Origin: an uncultured bacterium
GTDB lineage: Bacteria; Babelota; Babeliae; Babelales; Babelaceae
NCBI GenBank assembly: GCA_963824495.1
Contig: CAWGPQ010000017.1
Coordinates: 74,246 to 138,245, forward strand
Direction: 5' to 3'
Length of the DNA stretch: 64,000 bases
In this document: positions 19,770 through 29,811 of the stretch, one piece after another
Numbering within the stretch: position 1 is the first letter of the stretch
Layout of the letters: every line of letters starts with the position of its first letter
Made by a program: the position numbers and the translations under genes
Notes under the pieces: generated by a model
Databases searched by the model: none
The model's input: only the letters and a program-made list of their open reading frames with translations
Told to the model about the DNA's origin: nothing

Positions 19770-21152
19770 ATGAACAGGTTACACATACCGGCTATTCTGG
19801 CTTGGATTAGCCTATGTACTGTAGCAACTACTTATAGCGGGAGCTTTAAAGAACGAGAACTACTTCGGGACATGCATATAAACGTTAGTGCAGCTGATGA
19901 CTGGATAGATAAACTGAATGCTCGAGGAGCTCTTGCTCAGCCTCGCGATGCATCAGTATTACCCACGCCATATCGCATGATCCCTTTGTTTAAGCAGTAT
20001 CCCGAGCTGCAGAAAAATCTCCCCTATATTTCTCTAGGAGATCTGCCAACTCCCATTCACAGGCTTGAAAAGCTTAGTGCGCTTGTTGGCGCACCACATC
20101 TTTATATCAAGCGTGATGACGTAAGTGGTGCAAAAAGCTTTGATACCGGTCATATATACGGCGGCAACAAAGTTCGCAAGCTTGAGTTTCTTTTGGCTGA
20201 AGCTCTCGCTCATGGAGCACAAACAGTTATAACGTTTGGTGCAGCCGGATCAAATCATGCGCTAGCTACCTCAATATACGCTCAGCAACTTGGCCTTAAG
20301 GCCATATGTATGCTTATGCCTCAAGCATGTTCTTACGGTGTGCGCAATAACTTACTTATGCATGTGAAACACAACACACAGCTCGAGCATTATCTTGACG
20401 GCAACATGCGTAAAATCGGAACCATATGCGCTTGGTTACATGAATATCATGAGCATGGTAGCTTTCCCTATATTATACCAACAGGAGGCTCATCAGCTTT
20501 GGGTGCCGTTGGATTTGTAAATGCTGCTTTTGAATTAAAAGAACAAATTACGGCAGGTGGGCTACCTGAGCCTGATCTTATCTATGTCCCTTGCGGCAGT
20601 ATGGGAACAGCAGCTGGTTTAGTTCTAGGTTGCAAAGCGGCAGGTCTATCCTCACGTATAGTTGCCATTCTCGTCGAGCCTGTACATGAAGATCAATGTA
20701 TAAAGAAATTTAAGAAGCTTTTTGATGCCACCGTTGAGCTCTTGCGAACGTTAGATGCATCGTTTCCAGCGTACACGCTGCTGTATGATGATATTATTTT
20801 TAATTATAATTTTTATGGTCCTCGCTATGCTGTATTTACGCCAGAGGGTATGCAGGCTCGTGCATTGGTCAAAGAAACAGAAAATATTACGCTGGATGGT
20901 ACGTATACAGCAAAAGCATGCGCTGCTCTACTTGACGATATACGCAAGGGTTCGACAGCTCATAAAGTCGTTCTTTTTTGGGATACCTACTGTGGTATTG
21001 ATTATTCACAGTACCTTACCCTCGTGAAGTACGATCAGCTGCCCTGGTGCTTTTATGACTACTTTGAACATGAAGTTCAAGCGTTAGATCAGATGCTACC
21101 AGATTTGTCTGCCCAAGTTCAAAAAACTTCACAAGAAATTCTAAGTAGCTAA
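19770..21152 (+). CDS. PLP-dependent D-cysteine desulfhydrase / ACC deaminase family enzyme with N-terminal signal peptide
   Basis: LPTPIHRL, IKRDD, GGNKVRKLEFLL, SNHA, PTGGSS, LDGTYTAK. Confidence 0.88.
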   Translation: MNRLHIPAILAWISLCTVATTYSGSFKERELLRDMHINVSAADDWIDKLNARGALAQPRDASVLPTPYRMIPLFKQYPELQKNLPYISLGDLPTPIHRLEKLSALVGAPHLYIKRDDVSGAKSFDTGHIYGGNKVRKLEFLLAEALAHGAQTVITFGAAGSNHALATSIYAQQLGLKAICMLMPQACSYGVRNNLLMHVKHNTQLEHYLDGNMRKIGTICAWLHEYHEHGSFPYIIPTGGSSALGAVGFVNAAFELKEQITAGGLPEPDLIYVPCGSMGTAAGLVLGCKAAGLSSRIVAILVEPVHEDQCIKKFKKLFDATVELLRTLDASFPAYTLLYDDIIFNYNFYGPRYAVFTPEGMQARALVKETENITLDGTYTAKACAALLDDIRKGSTAHKVVLFWDTYCGIDYSQYLTLVKYDQLPWCFYDYFEHEVQALDQMLPDLSAQVQKTSQEILSS

Positions 21153-21258
21153 TTGCTTGACTGGGAGCTTATCTTTACAAAAATTAAGAATCGCGCTACG
21201 CTAAAAATCTGTCTAGTAACCTCTTTGTAGTTATTGTTCTTCTGTTTGCGGAGACTCT

Positions 21259-23232
21259 ATGCTTATACATACCCTTTATTATGCACTTGCGGCTGTGTCA
21301 CTCGTAGGATTAGTTGCCGTTTGGGTGCTCATGCAGCGCATCCGTTCATTACCTGTTGATAACGAACGAGCACAATATATAGCACATGCCATTAGAATCG
21401 GTGCTCGAGAATTTTTACATCAAGAATATCGCATTATCTTCTTGGTTGTAGGCGTTATTGTTCTGCTCTTAATTGTATTGGCAAAACCATTGGCTGCGGT
21501 ATGTTTTTTAGCTGGTTCTATTTTGTCATTGGCAACGGGATTTGTTGGCATGAGCGCAGCTACGTATGCCAATGTCCGCACAACCATGGCGGCACAACAT
21601 TTAGGTGAACATGCAGCATTTCTTGTAGCTTTTGCTGGTGGCGGCGTCATGGGCCTTACCGTGGCGAGCGTTGGCCTTCTTGGATTAAGTACGCTTGTCC
21701 TCCTTACGTATGGCCGACCTGACATGGTATTGTTGCTAACAAGCTTTGCAGTAGGCGCTTCGCTTGTTGCCTTTTTTGCCCGTGTTGGCGGTGGTATTTA
21801 TACTAAATCTGCTGATGTCGGTGCTGATTTAGTGGGAAAACTTGAAGTTGGAATTCCTGAGGATGATCCACGCAATCCAGCTGTTATAGCTGACAATGTA
21901 GGTGATTGCGTCGGTGACACTGCTGGTATGGGTGCAGATATCTATGAGTCTTATGTAAGCGCCATGGTATCAACGATCATTTTGGCTATGACAAGCTATA
22001 GTAGTAATTTGGCATATGTAACACTACCACTTGTTATATCCGGCTTTGGTCTTGTGGGTTCACTTGTAGCATTTCTTGCAACATTTTTGCTTAAGGCTCA
22101 TCCAGCAACACTCTTGCGCAATTCAACCTATATGGCTATCATAGCACTGGTTAGCATGTCATACTGGTATCTCACCTGGATGCATTTAGACTTTGCTTTA
22201 TTTTGGTCGATTCTTCTTGGTTGTGTTGCCGGTATTATTATCGGTCTTATTACTGAATATTATACAGGCGGAAGTCCTATTAAGCAGTTGGCCAAGATCT
22301 CTGAATCGGGTGCCGCAACTAATATTATTTACGGCCTATCGTTGGGTATGGCATCAACAGTTGCTCCTGTTATTCTGTTAAGCCTTATTGTATTAGGCTC
22401 ATATACCTACGGTGGTGGCCTTTTTGGTGTTGCTCTTGCAGCGGTTGCCATGTTAGCAACTGTAGGCATCACAATGACAGTTGATGCATATGGCCCTATT
22501 GCTGATAATGCCGGTGGCATTGCAGAAATGTCACATTTACCAAAATCGGTACGTGCTATAACCGACAAGTTAGATGCGCTGGGCAACACAACAGCTGCAT
22601 TAGGCAAAGGGTTTGCTATTGGCTCAGCATTACTTGCTGCACTTGGCATATTTGCTGCCTATGGACAAGAGAGCAAAATTGCCGTACTTAATCTTGCTGA
22701 TCCACTCGTGCTCGCTGGTGTATTTATCGGTGGCACCATGCCCTTCTTGATATCATCATATGCCATGCGTGCTGTTGGTGACGCGGCACTTGCAATGGTT
22801 ATGGAAGTACGACGTCAATTTAGAGAAATTCCGGGGCTTTTGGAGGGAAAAGCAGACCCAGATTACAAGCGCTGCATTGGTATCGCTACGCAAGCATCGT
22901 TACGCCACATGATTGTACCGGGTATTATAACAGCATCTGTACCCTGTATTATCATGTTTACCTTGGGCAAATTTGCTCTTGGTGGGCTTCTTGTTGGGAT
23001 TACGACCGTTGGTGTATTACTCGCGCTTATGATGGCAAATGGTGGTGGCGCTTGGGATAATGCTAAGAAATATATTGAAGCTGGTCATTTTGGTGGCAAG
23101 GGTTCAGCTGCGCATAGAGCTGCCGTTGTTGGCGACACAGTCGGTGATCCGTTTAAAGATACAGCAGGCCCTGCTCTTAATATTCTTATCAAGCTTATGT
23201 CGATGATTGCACTCTTGCTTGTAGCATTTTAG
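21259..23232 (+). CDS. hppA: Membrane pyrophosphatase (H+/Na+-translocating), K+-dependent signature
   Basis: [39 protein letters not shown]. Confidence 0.97.
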   Translation: MLIHTLYYALAAVSLVGLVAVWVLMQRIRSLPVDNERAQYIAHAIRIGAREFLHQEYRIIFLVVGVIVLLLIVLAKPLAAVCFLAGSILSLATGFVGMSAATYANVRTTMAAQHLGEHAAFLVAFAGGGVMGLTVASVGLLGLSTLVLLTYGRPDMVLLLTSFAVGASLVAFFARVGGGIYTKSADVGADLVGKLEVGIPEDDPRNPAVIADNVGDCVGDTAGMGADIYESYVSAMVSTIILAMTSYSSNLAYVTLPLVISGFGLVGSLVAFLATFLLKAHPATLLRNSTYMAIIALVSMSYWYLTWMHLDFALFWSILLGCVAGIIIGLITEYYTGGSPIKQLAKISESGAATNIIYGLSLGMASTVAPVILLSLIVLGSYTYGGGLFGVALAAVAMLATVGITMTVDAYGPIADNAGGIAEMSHLPKSVRAITDKLDALGNTTAALGKGFAIGSALLAALGIFAAYGQESKIAVLNLADPLVLAGVFIGGTMPFLISSYAMRAVGDAALAMVMEVRRQFREIPGLLEGKADPDYKRCIGIATQASLRHMIVPGIITASVPCIIMFTLGKFALGGLLVGITTVGVLLALMMANGGGAWDNAKKYIEAGHFGGKGSAAHRAAVVGDTVGDPFKDTAGPALNILIKLMSMIALLLVAF

Positions 23233-23246
23233 CTATCAAGATATAA

Positions 23247-23288
23247 AACAAAGAAAAGGCACGATATATATCGTGCCTTTTCTTTGTT
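23247..23288. terminator. Bidirectional terminator (perfect 42-bp palindrome)
   Basis: aacaaagaaaaggcacgatatatatcgtgccttttctttgtt between convergent genes. Confidence 0.85.
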
Positions 23289-23300
23289 GTTCTTTAATTA

Positions 23301-23966
23301 TTATTTACTAATAGTGCGCGTTGTCTTCGATTTAGGAGTGCTTGACGCACATGGGCCACATGGCTCTGGAGCACGACGTCTTTTGCCTTCTCCATTCCTG
23401 CCCTTTCCTCGCTGAGGTTCTTCTCTTTTTTCTTGCTCACGTGGAAGTCCAAGAAATGTTCGCACATGCTTCTTAAAACCTTCATATTCAAATGAACCAC
23501 GTTTTTTGTCAACAATAGTACCTTTTTTGACATATACTGTTGTCGGGAAAGCCTCAATACCATTCAATTCTTTTATAACAAATTTTCTAAAGTCTTCATT
23601 AAGTTCTGGATTTAATGAATAGAAATCAGCATCTTCACCGTATTCGGAGGCAACACGGCTAAATGGTTCTTTATACATTTTGCAAGCTTCACACCAGGTG
23701 GTCCAAATATCAATAATTACTGGTTTATCGCTTTCAAGAGCCTGCTTGTAGTCACCTGCTGTTTTGATTTCTTGTACGCCACCATGTTGTCGTTTTTTAG
23801 GCATAGTTTGTGCTGATGCTGGAGCTGATGGACGATCAAAATCATCATCGTAAAGTTCAGTGCTCTTATCAGCGTAACGACCTTGAAGCGAACATATCAT
23901 CAATAGACCAATTGGTAGTGCAAGCGCTGTGCGATACGCATAAAGCTTTTTTTTGGTCACAGTCAT
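23301..23966 (-). CDS. Exported thioredoxin-like protein with basic C-terminal tail
   Basis: Signal-like N-terminus, WCEAC active site, FPT cis-Pro loop; RBS GGGGGA before ATG 23966. Confidence 0.85.
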   Translation of the reverse strand: MTVTKKKLYAYRTALALPIGLLMICSLQGRYADKSTELYDDDFDRPSAPASAQTMPKKRQHGGVQEIKTAGDYKQALESDKPVIIDIWTTWCEACKMYKEPFSRVASEYGEDADFYSLNPELNEDFRKFVIKELNGIEAFPTTVYVKKGTIVDKKRGSFEYEGFKKHVRTFLGLPREQEKREEPQRGKGRNGEGKRRRAPEPCGPCASSTPKSKTTRTISK

Positions 23967-24300
23967 AGTACAGTCCCCCCTTATTTGAGACATATTAATA
24001 AAAAACTATCTGCTTTTAGCATACTCTGGGATATAGGGGGCTTGTCAAGCGCTCAAAATATCTTATATAACTGAAATTATAAGCGGTATTACTCAGTAAA
24101 AAATTTAAGAATACTTTTTGTTATAAAAAAGCGTAATTTTGTTTGATTCTCTAAGGCTAAACTGCTACCATAGATACATGCCCATGCACTCTTTATTTTT
24201 ACCAGCTGAAAATTTTAGCAAATTATTACAAGCGATAGACAAGATATAACGATTCGCTCGAGGAAAGTTTTTTGTGTCTGAGATTACTCATGAGGATACC

Positions 24301-26793
24301 ATGGAATTACAAAATCATCTAACGAGACAGCAGCCCAACAACCTGCATGCGGAGCCCTGCCGGATTACGAGGATTATTAAGCGGAGTGGGCATGTTGTTG
24401 AATTTAGTGCTGAAAAAGTTCATGCAAGTATTGCTCGTGCTTGCCAAGGATACGAGCAGGTAGTATCGGTAGACATAATTGTTCAGGAAATTATGCGGAC
24501 GATATTTGATGGTATATCGACGAGTGATCTGGAAAAGGCTTATTATATGGCAGCAGCAGCCTTTATGGAGCGTGATCCTGCCTATGATAAAGTAGCTACA
24601 CGTTTGCTCCTCAATAAGTTAGCACAAGAAGTTGCTGAAACCATAGAAGCTGATACTATACCCGAATTTCTCCCCATTCAGGCATTTATTAAAATGATTC
24701 GAAAGGGCATGCATCTTGGCCTCTTGCATGAAACTATGGGTTCATATGATCTTGAGTATTTGGCAGAATATTTAAAGCCAGAACGTGACCAATTACTGAG
24801 CTATATGGGGCTCTATACGCTTAATGAACGTTATTTTCTTAAGCATCAAGGCCAGCGACTTGAGCTTCCTCAAGTATTCTGGATGCGTATCGCTATGGGC
24901 TTGGCGCTTAATGAGCCAGATAAAAATAATAAAGCGGTAGAATTTTATGAACTGCTTTCAACATTACGCTATGTTCCTTCAACACCGACGCTTTTTCACG
25001 CAGGATTTCCCCGAGCACAATTAAGCTCTTGCTATCTCAATGTAGTACAAGATGATCTTGGACATATTTTTAAATGCATGGGTGATAACGCTCAATTATC
25101 AAAATGGGCTGGTGGTATTGGTACCTCATGGACAAATATTCGAGCAACAGGTGCTTTTATTAAAGGCATTAAAGCCACAAGTCAGGGAGTTGTGCCCTAC
25201 CTAAAAATTGCCAATGATGTGGTTGTCGCTATTACCAGAAGTGGCATACGTCGTGGAGGTGCCTGTGTCTATTTAGAAGTATGGCATTTTGATATTGAAG
25301 ACTTTTTAGATTTACGACGCAATACTGGCGATGAGCGACGTCGTACCCATGATTTGAACACGGCAAATTGGATTCCCGATCTGTTTATGAAGCGTGTACT
25401 AGAAGACAAACAATGGACACTTTTTTCACCAGAAGGGGTGGCCGATTTAGCTGAACTCTCTGGCAAAGCTTTTGAAAGCCGTTATGAGTATTACGAAGAA
25501 CAAGCCCGCAAGGGACAGATTACGCTCTATCGAGAAATTTCAGCAAAACAACTCTGGCGCAAGATGCTCACACGTCTCTTTGAAACGGGACATCCGTGGA
25601 TAACGTTTAAAGATCCTTGCAATATTCGATCACCGCAAGATCATGCTGGCTTTATTCATAACTCTAATTTATGTACCGAAATTACCCTTAATACATCATC
25701 TGAAGAAACAGCAGTATGTAACTTAGGTTCTATTAATCTGGCATGCCATATTACCAACACAGGCCAGCTCGATGACAGCTTGCTCAAAGATACCATAACC
25801 AAAGCTGTTCGTATGCTTGATAATATTATCGATCTTAACTTTTATCCAACGGTCGAGGCGCAAACATCGAATATGCGCCATCGTCCTGTCGGTCTTGGGC
25901 TTATGGGTTTTCAGGATGCACTCTTTAAGAGTAATATCTCTTTTGCTTGTGAACAGGCACGTGAATTTGCCGATCAGTCTATGGAGAAAATAGCGTATTA
26001 TGCGATCGAGGCTTCATGCAAGCTTGCAGAAGAACGTGGTGCCTATAGCTCATACAAAGGCTCTAAATGGGATCGGGGTATATTCCCTCTTGATACTATT
26101 GATCTCCTCGAGAATGAACGTGGTATGCGTATCGATGTGTCTCGTACTGCTCGACTTGATTGGCAATCTCTTAAAACTCGTGTGAAGCAGCATGGCATGC
26201 GCAACTCAAACGTTATGGCCATCGCACCAACAGCAACCATTGCGACGATAGCAGGCTGCTATCCCTCTATTGAACCTATTTACAAGAATATCTACGTTAA
26301 ATCAAACGTAAGCGGTGAATTTACGATTGTTAATAGCTACTTAGTCGAAGACTTAAAAAAACTTGGCCTCTGGAATCGGTCGATGCTTGATATGCTCAAG
26401 TATTATGACGGTGATCTTGCGTCTATTCCAACTATTCCTAACCACCTAAAAGATACCTACAAAACAGCATTTGAGCTTGACCCTGAGTGGCTTATTAAGA
26501 TTACTGCAGCACGAGGTAAATGGATAGATCAAAGCCAATCACATAATGTTTTTTTAAAGGGTGTCTCAGGACAAAAGCTGCATGATATTTACCTGCTTGC
26601 TTGGAAGTGTGGCCTCAAGACATGCTATTACTTACGCACGCTCGGTGCCTCACAAATTGAAAAATCAACGCTTGATGCTAAAACTTTCGGTTATACCCAA
26701 AAACGCACCTATACTCCGGCTAACGAATCTTCTCGGACTGATCAGATTGAAGCGTGCTCATTAGAGGGAACTGACTGCGAATCATGTCAATAA
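24301..26793 (+). CDS. nrdA: Ribonucleoside-diphosphate reductase alpha subunit (class I) with ATP cone
   Basis: IIKRSG ATP cone, STPTLF, SSCYL, SNLCTEI, APTATI, TCYYLRT, C-terminal CESCQ; RBS GAGGA before ATG 24301. Confidence 0.97.
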   Translation: MELQNHLTRQQPNNLHAEPCRITRIIKRSGHVVEFSAEKVHASIARACQGYEQVVSVDIIVQEIMRTIFDGISTSDLEKAYYMAAAAFMERDPAYDKVATRLLLNKLAQEVAETIEADTIPEFLPIQAFIKMIRKGMHLGLLHETMGSYDLEYLAEYLKPERDQLLSYMGLYTLNERYFLKHQGQRLELPQVFWMRIAMGLALNEPDKNNKAVEFYELLSTLRYVPSTPTLFHAGFPRAQLSSCYLNVVQDDLGHIFKCMGDNAQLSKWAGGIGTSWTNIRATGAFIKGIKATSQGVVPYLKIANDVVVAITRSGIRRGGACVYLEVWHFDIEDFLDLRRNTGDERRRTHDLNTANWIPDLFMKRVLEDKQWTLFSPEGVADLAELSGKAFESRYEYYEEQARKGQITLYREISAKQLWRKMLTRLFETGHPWITFKDPCNIRSPQDHAGFIHNSNLCTEITLNTSSEETAVCNLGSINLACHITNTGQLDDSLLKDTITKAVRMLDNIIDLNFYPTVEAQTSNMRHRPVGLGLMGFQDALFKSNISFACEQAREFADQSMEKIAYYAIEASCKLAEERGAYSSYKGSKWDRGIFPLDTIDLLENERGMRIDVSRTARLDWQSLKTRVKQHGMRNSNVMAIAPTATIATIAGCYPSIEPIYKNIYVKSNVSGEFTIVNSYLVEDLKKLGLWNRSMLDMLKYYDGDLASIPTIPNHLKDTYKTAFELDPEWLIKITAARGKWIDQSQSHNVFLKGVSGQKLHDIYLLAWKCGLKTCYYLRTLGASQIEKSTLDAKTFGYTQKRTYTPANESSRTDQIEACSLEGTDCESCQ

Positions 26794-26827
26794 CATGTCA
26801 ATAATCTAGTAACTTTTAGGAGAACCT

Positions 26828-27835
26828 ATGGCAGCTACTCGAGGGATCATTAACAACTCTAAAACTGATCCTAATAAAATTTTACCTATGACCTATCTGT
26901 GGGCACGTGAACATTATAAAAACGGTGTAGCAAATAACTGGACGCCCGAAGAAATACCCATGCAACTTGACGTTGAACATTGGAAATCTCCAACATTTCT
27001 TACACCAACTGAACGACGCTTAATTCTCTGGAATCTGGGCTTTTTTGCTACAGCAGAGTCACTTACAGCAAATAACTTAGTTCTTGCTGTCTATAAGCAC
27101 GTGACTAATCCTGAATGCCGCCAGTATCTCTTACGTCAAGCGTTCGAAGAAGCGATTCATACCGACACGTTTATTTATTGTTGTGATACGTTGGGACTCA
27201 ATCCTGAAGAGATTTACACCATGTATCTCACTATCCCTTCTATAAAAGAAAAAGACGAATTTGTTGTTAACCTAACCAAATCGCTTTTTGACCCAAATTT
27301 TACTACTGAAGGTACCGTTAATATTCGCCAATTTATTCATGACCTGGTTGGCTATTATGTTATTATGGAGGGTATCTTTTTCTATGCAGGCTTTGCTATG
27401 ATGCTCGCCCTCAAGCGTCAGAACAAAATGGTTGGCGTTGGTCAGCAGTTTGAATATATCATGCGCGATGAAAGTATTCATCTTGCATTTGGCTGTGATC
27501 TTATTAACACAATTAATACAGAAAATCCTGCTATCTGGAATACAGAATTTCAACAAGAGATCATAACCCTCATACAAAAAGCAGTTATACTCGAAAAGCA
27601 GTATGCCTATGACGCCTGCCCTCAGGGACTGTTGGGCATTAATGCACAACAGTTTTCTGATTACGTTGAATATATCGCTGATCGCAGATTAGAACGAATT
27701 GGTCTACCTAAAGTTTACTTTAAGGAAAATCCATTCCCTTGGTTATCTCAAGCAACCGACTTAAACAAAGAAAAGAATTTCTTCGAGACACGTGTAACAG
27801 AATATCAAACCGCCGGCTCACTTCAGTGGGATTAG
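26828..27835 (+). CDS. nrdB: Ribonucleotide reductase beta subunit, class Ic (R2c)-type
   Basis: FATAES, EEAIHTDTF, EGIFFYAGF, RDESIH, NFFETRVTEY. Confidence 0.95.
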   Translation: MAATRGIINNSKTDPNKILPMTYLWAREHYKNGVANNWTPEEIPMQLDVEHWKSPTFLTPTERRLILWNLGFFATAESLTANNLVLAVYKHVTNPECRQYLLRQAFEEAIHTDTFIYCCDTLGLNPEEIYTMYLTIPSIKEKDEFVVNLTKSLFDPNFTTEGTVNIRQFIHDLVGYYVIMEGIFFYAGFAMMLALKRQNKMVGVGQQFEYIMRDESIHLAFGCDLINTINTENPAIWNTEFQQEIITLIQKAVILEKQYAYDACPQGLLGINAQQFSDYVEYIADRRLERIGLPKVYFKENPFPWLSQATDLNKEKNFFETRVTEYQTAGSLQWD

Positions 27836-27852
27836 TGTAAGAAAAAGCACAT

Positions 27853-27886
27853 TATCATGCTCTTATTAATTAATAAGAGCATGATA
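27853..27886. terminator. Perfect palindrome between convergent genes
   Basis: tatcatgctcttattaattaataagagcatgata. Confidence 0.8.
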
Positions 27887-27899
27887 GATGATCTCTAGC

Positions 27900-28136
27900 T
27901 TACCAGCCACATCCCGCTATTTTACCCCTACTACCGCACCCTTCATCTTCATATTCTTCATGAGGTGAGTATTCTTCTTCTTGACCTTCTTCTTCGAACT
28001 CATACCCATATTCAAAGATGAGCTCTTCTATAGCATCCAATCTGTTTAAGATGTGCAAAAGCATCTTTAATTTGTGGAGCTCATTGGAGCCGCAGGAGCT
28101 AGAATTAAGTTGACCCAATCTTTTGTTTTGGCACAT
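27900..28136 (-). CDS. Small acidic protein (paralog of 28181-28411)
   Basis: RBS AAGGAGA; LLHILNRLDAIEELIFE followed by a Glu-rich tail. Confidence 0.75.
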   Translation of the reverse strand: MCQNKRLGQLNSSSCGSNELHKLKMLLHILNRLDAIEELIFEYGYEFEEEGQEEEYSPHEEYEDEGCGSRGKIAGCGW

Positions 28137-28180
28137 GGTTGTGTCTCCTTTAATTTTTCAATTTTTATATGAGTTCATGC

Positions 28181-28411
28181 TTAGCATTCATCTTCGTCTT
28201 CATCTTCATCATAATCTTCATCTTCGTCTTCATCTTCGTAACCTTCGCATTGGTTCTCGTTTTCATCTTCAGCAAAATGTTCTTCAAGAAACTCTTCAAT
28301 ATGTTCTAATCTATCAAGGATTTCTGCGAGGGCTTTGAGTTCCAAAAATTTTATATAATCTTGTTTTGATCCAGCTTTACGCGCACTTGAAAGCTTTCTT
28401 TGATAATTCAT
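28181..28411 (-). CDS. Small protein with extreme Asp/Glu tail
   Basis: RBS AGGAGA; LAEILDRLEHIEEFLEE then EDEDEDEDYDEDEDEDEC. Confidence 0.78.
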   Translation of the reverse strand: MNYQRKLSSARKAGSKQDYIKFLELKALAEILDRLEHIEEFLEEHFAEDENENQCEGYEDEDEDEDYDEDEDEDEC

Positions 28412-28429
28412 AGCAATATCTCCTATTTC

Positions 28430-28666
28430 TTAATAAATAATTCTTTCATAGCCCAGGCTTCTATCCATTCCCATGTTATATGACAACGAAAAGCGAGTGA
28501 CTTCTTGGTTAATGTTAATCGAATGCTGACTGTATTCTTGAGCTATACGTTTTCTTCTAAAGTAATCTTCAGCAGTGCGCATACAACCAATTTGAGCATA
28601 AAGCCCTAATGGTGCTATAAGTAATAAGCAGACCCAAGTTGATATGACAACGACCTGTATTTCCAC
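28430..28666 (-). CDS. Small exported hypothetical protein
   Basis: RBS AAGGAGA before GTG; hydrophobic N-terminus ending LYA. Confidence 0.6.
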   Translation of the reverse strand: MEIQVVVISTWVCLLLIAPLGLYAQIGCMRTAEDYFRRKRIAQEYSQHSININQEVTRFSLSYNMGMDRSLGYERIIY

Positions 28667-28719
28667 GTTTCTCCTTTCCCCTTCTTTTAACTTTTCCCCT
28701 TCGCTTGCGTGACACTAAA

Positions 28720-28747
28720 CTAGAGGGAGAAACTCTTCTCCCTCTAG
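28720..28747 (-). terminator. Intrinsic terminator after 28761-29126
   Basis: ctagagggagaa-actc-ttctccctctag hairpin. Confidence 0.75.
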
Positions 28748-28760
28748 AAAATACTCATTA

Positions 28761-29126
28761 TTATCCTCCACCTGTCGCTCCCCCCGGTGATGTACCTGCT
28801 GCTCGTGCTGTCACTGTCGCCACCGGCGATAATGAAGCTGGAGCATAGGGGATTTCCGCCCGCCCGGTACCTAGACCCATGGCTTGTGCTTGTTCTTGGG
28901 TAAGTACTTGTGTTAGTGCTTGTGTAAGTGCTTGTGTAAGTGCTTCTGTGAGTGTTGGCGGCAGTGGTGTTGGCTCTTGACTTGGAATACCCCCTACGTT
29001 TATGCTTTGTGTTTGGGGAACCTCAGTTTCGGGTGTTGCCAATGAGGAACTTGTACCACCAAAAAGCAATTGCGTGCTTATAGTGGACAAGACTGTGATT
29101 AATGGCATAATAACCCTCTTCACCAT
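28761..29126 (-). CDS. Exported low-complexity Thr/Pro/Ala-rich protein with (LTQA)n repeats
   Basis: Signal-like N-terminus; 12-bp coding repeat LTEA-LTQA-LTQA-LTQV-LTQE. Confidence 0.75.
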   Translation of the reverse strand: MVKRVIMPLITVLSTISTQLLFGGTSSSLATPETEVPQTQSINVGGIPSQEPTPLPPTLTEALTQALTQALTQVLTQEQAQAMGLGTGRAEIPYAPASLSPVATVTARAAGTSPGGATGGG

Positions 29127-29159
29127 AATTGCCTTTACTATTGTCCGCGTAACGGTGTA

Positions 29160-29711
29160 TTAATAGTTACCCCCACCATTACCACTAGAACTACCTGCAC
29201 CTATTGCACCCAAGCCCGCATTCGTCGCACTTAACCCTGCACCCAACCCTGCTTCCGCTGCACCAGCTGCTGTACCGGTCGCGGTCCATGGACGGCCATA
29301 AGAGCGCATACCCATATATTCTCTACTATATGGACCAGCATATGGTGGTTGACTTATATATTCCCCACTGTATGGTCTTGTATATGGTGGTTGACTTATA
29401 TATTCCCTACTATATGGTCCCGCATATGACTGAGCGTAGCCTGATGGTCCTGCAGATGGTTGAGCGTAGCCTCTTTCACGATATCCTCTACCTCGATAGC
29501 CCCTGTAGCCCCTGCCCGCTTCCCTTGTGCCCCTGTAACCCATGCGACCTTCTCTCATGTCTCTGTATCGTGAATAATCTGTTCCAGCAGATCTATATGA
29601 CCCACCGTCATACATGCCATAAGAGCTTCCATCTCCTACACGTGCATCAGCACTGTGCACAATAGAAAAAAGCACTGCAATAGTCATAAATTTCGAGATA
29701 AAACTTTTCAT
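29160..29711 (-). CDS. Exported Gly/Tyr/Arg-rich repeat protein
   Basis: RBS AAGGAGA; signal ends ADA; RGY repeats and 14-aa (42-bp) YSxEYISQPPYxxP repeats. Confidence 0.8.
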   Translation of the reverse strand: MKSFISKFMTIAVLFSIVHSADARVGDGSSYGMYDGGSYRSAGTDYSRYRDMREGRMGYRGTREAGRGYRGYRGRGYRERGYAQPSAGPSGYAQSYAGPYSREYISQPPYTRPYSGEYISQPPYAGPYSREYMGMRSYGRPWTATGTAAGAAEAGLGAGLSATNAGLGAIGAGSSSGNGGGNY

Positions 29712-29811
29712 AAAAATCTCCTTTTAGCAAAATAACCATAAAAATAACTATGGGTAACAGTTAGGGGGTAACAGTTAGGTGCTATTACCTAACCGTTAAT
29801 AACCCTAACCC

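Noticed and set aside
24000..24300. NrdR box or riboswitch upstream of nrdA
   Set aside because: No convincing NrdR palindrome or riboswitch core seen
29314..29428. Repeat atatggtggttgacttatatattccc with short variable spacers, CRISPR-like at first glance
   Set aside because: The 42-bp period is in frame within a coding gene, the spacers are only about 16 bp and similar to each other, and no cas genes are present
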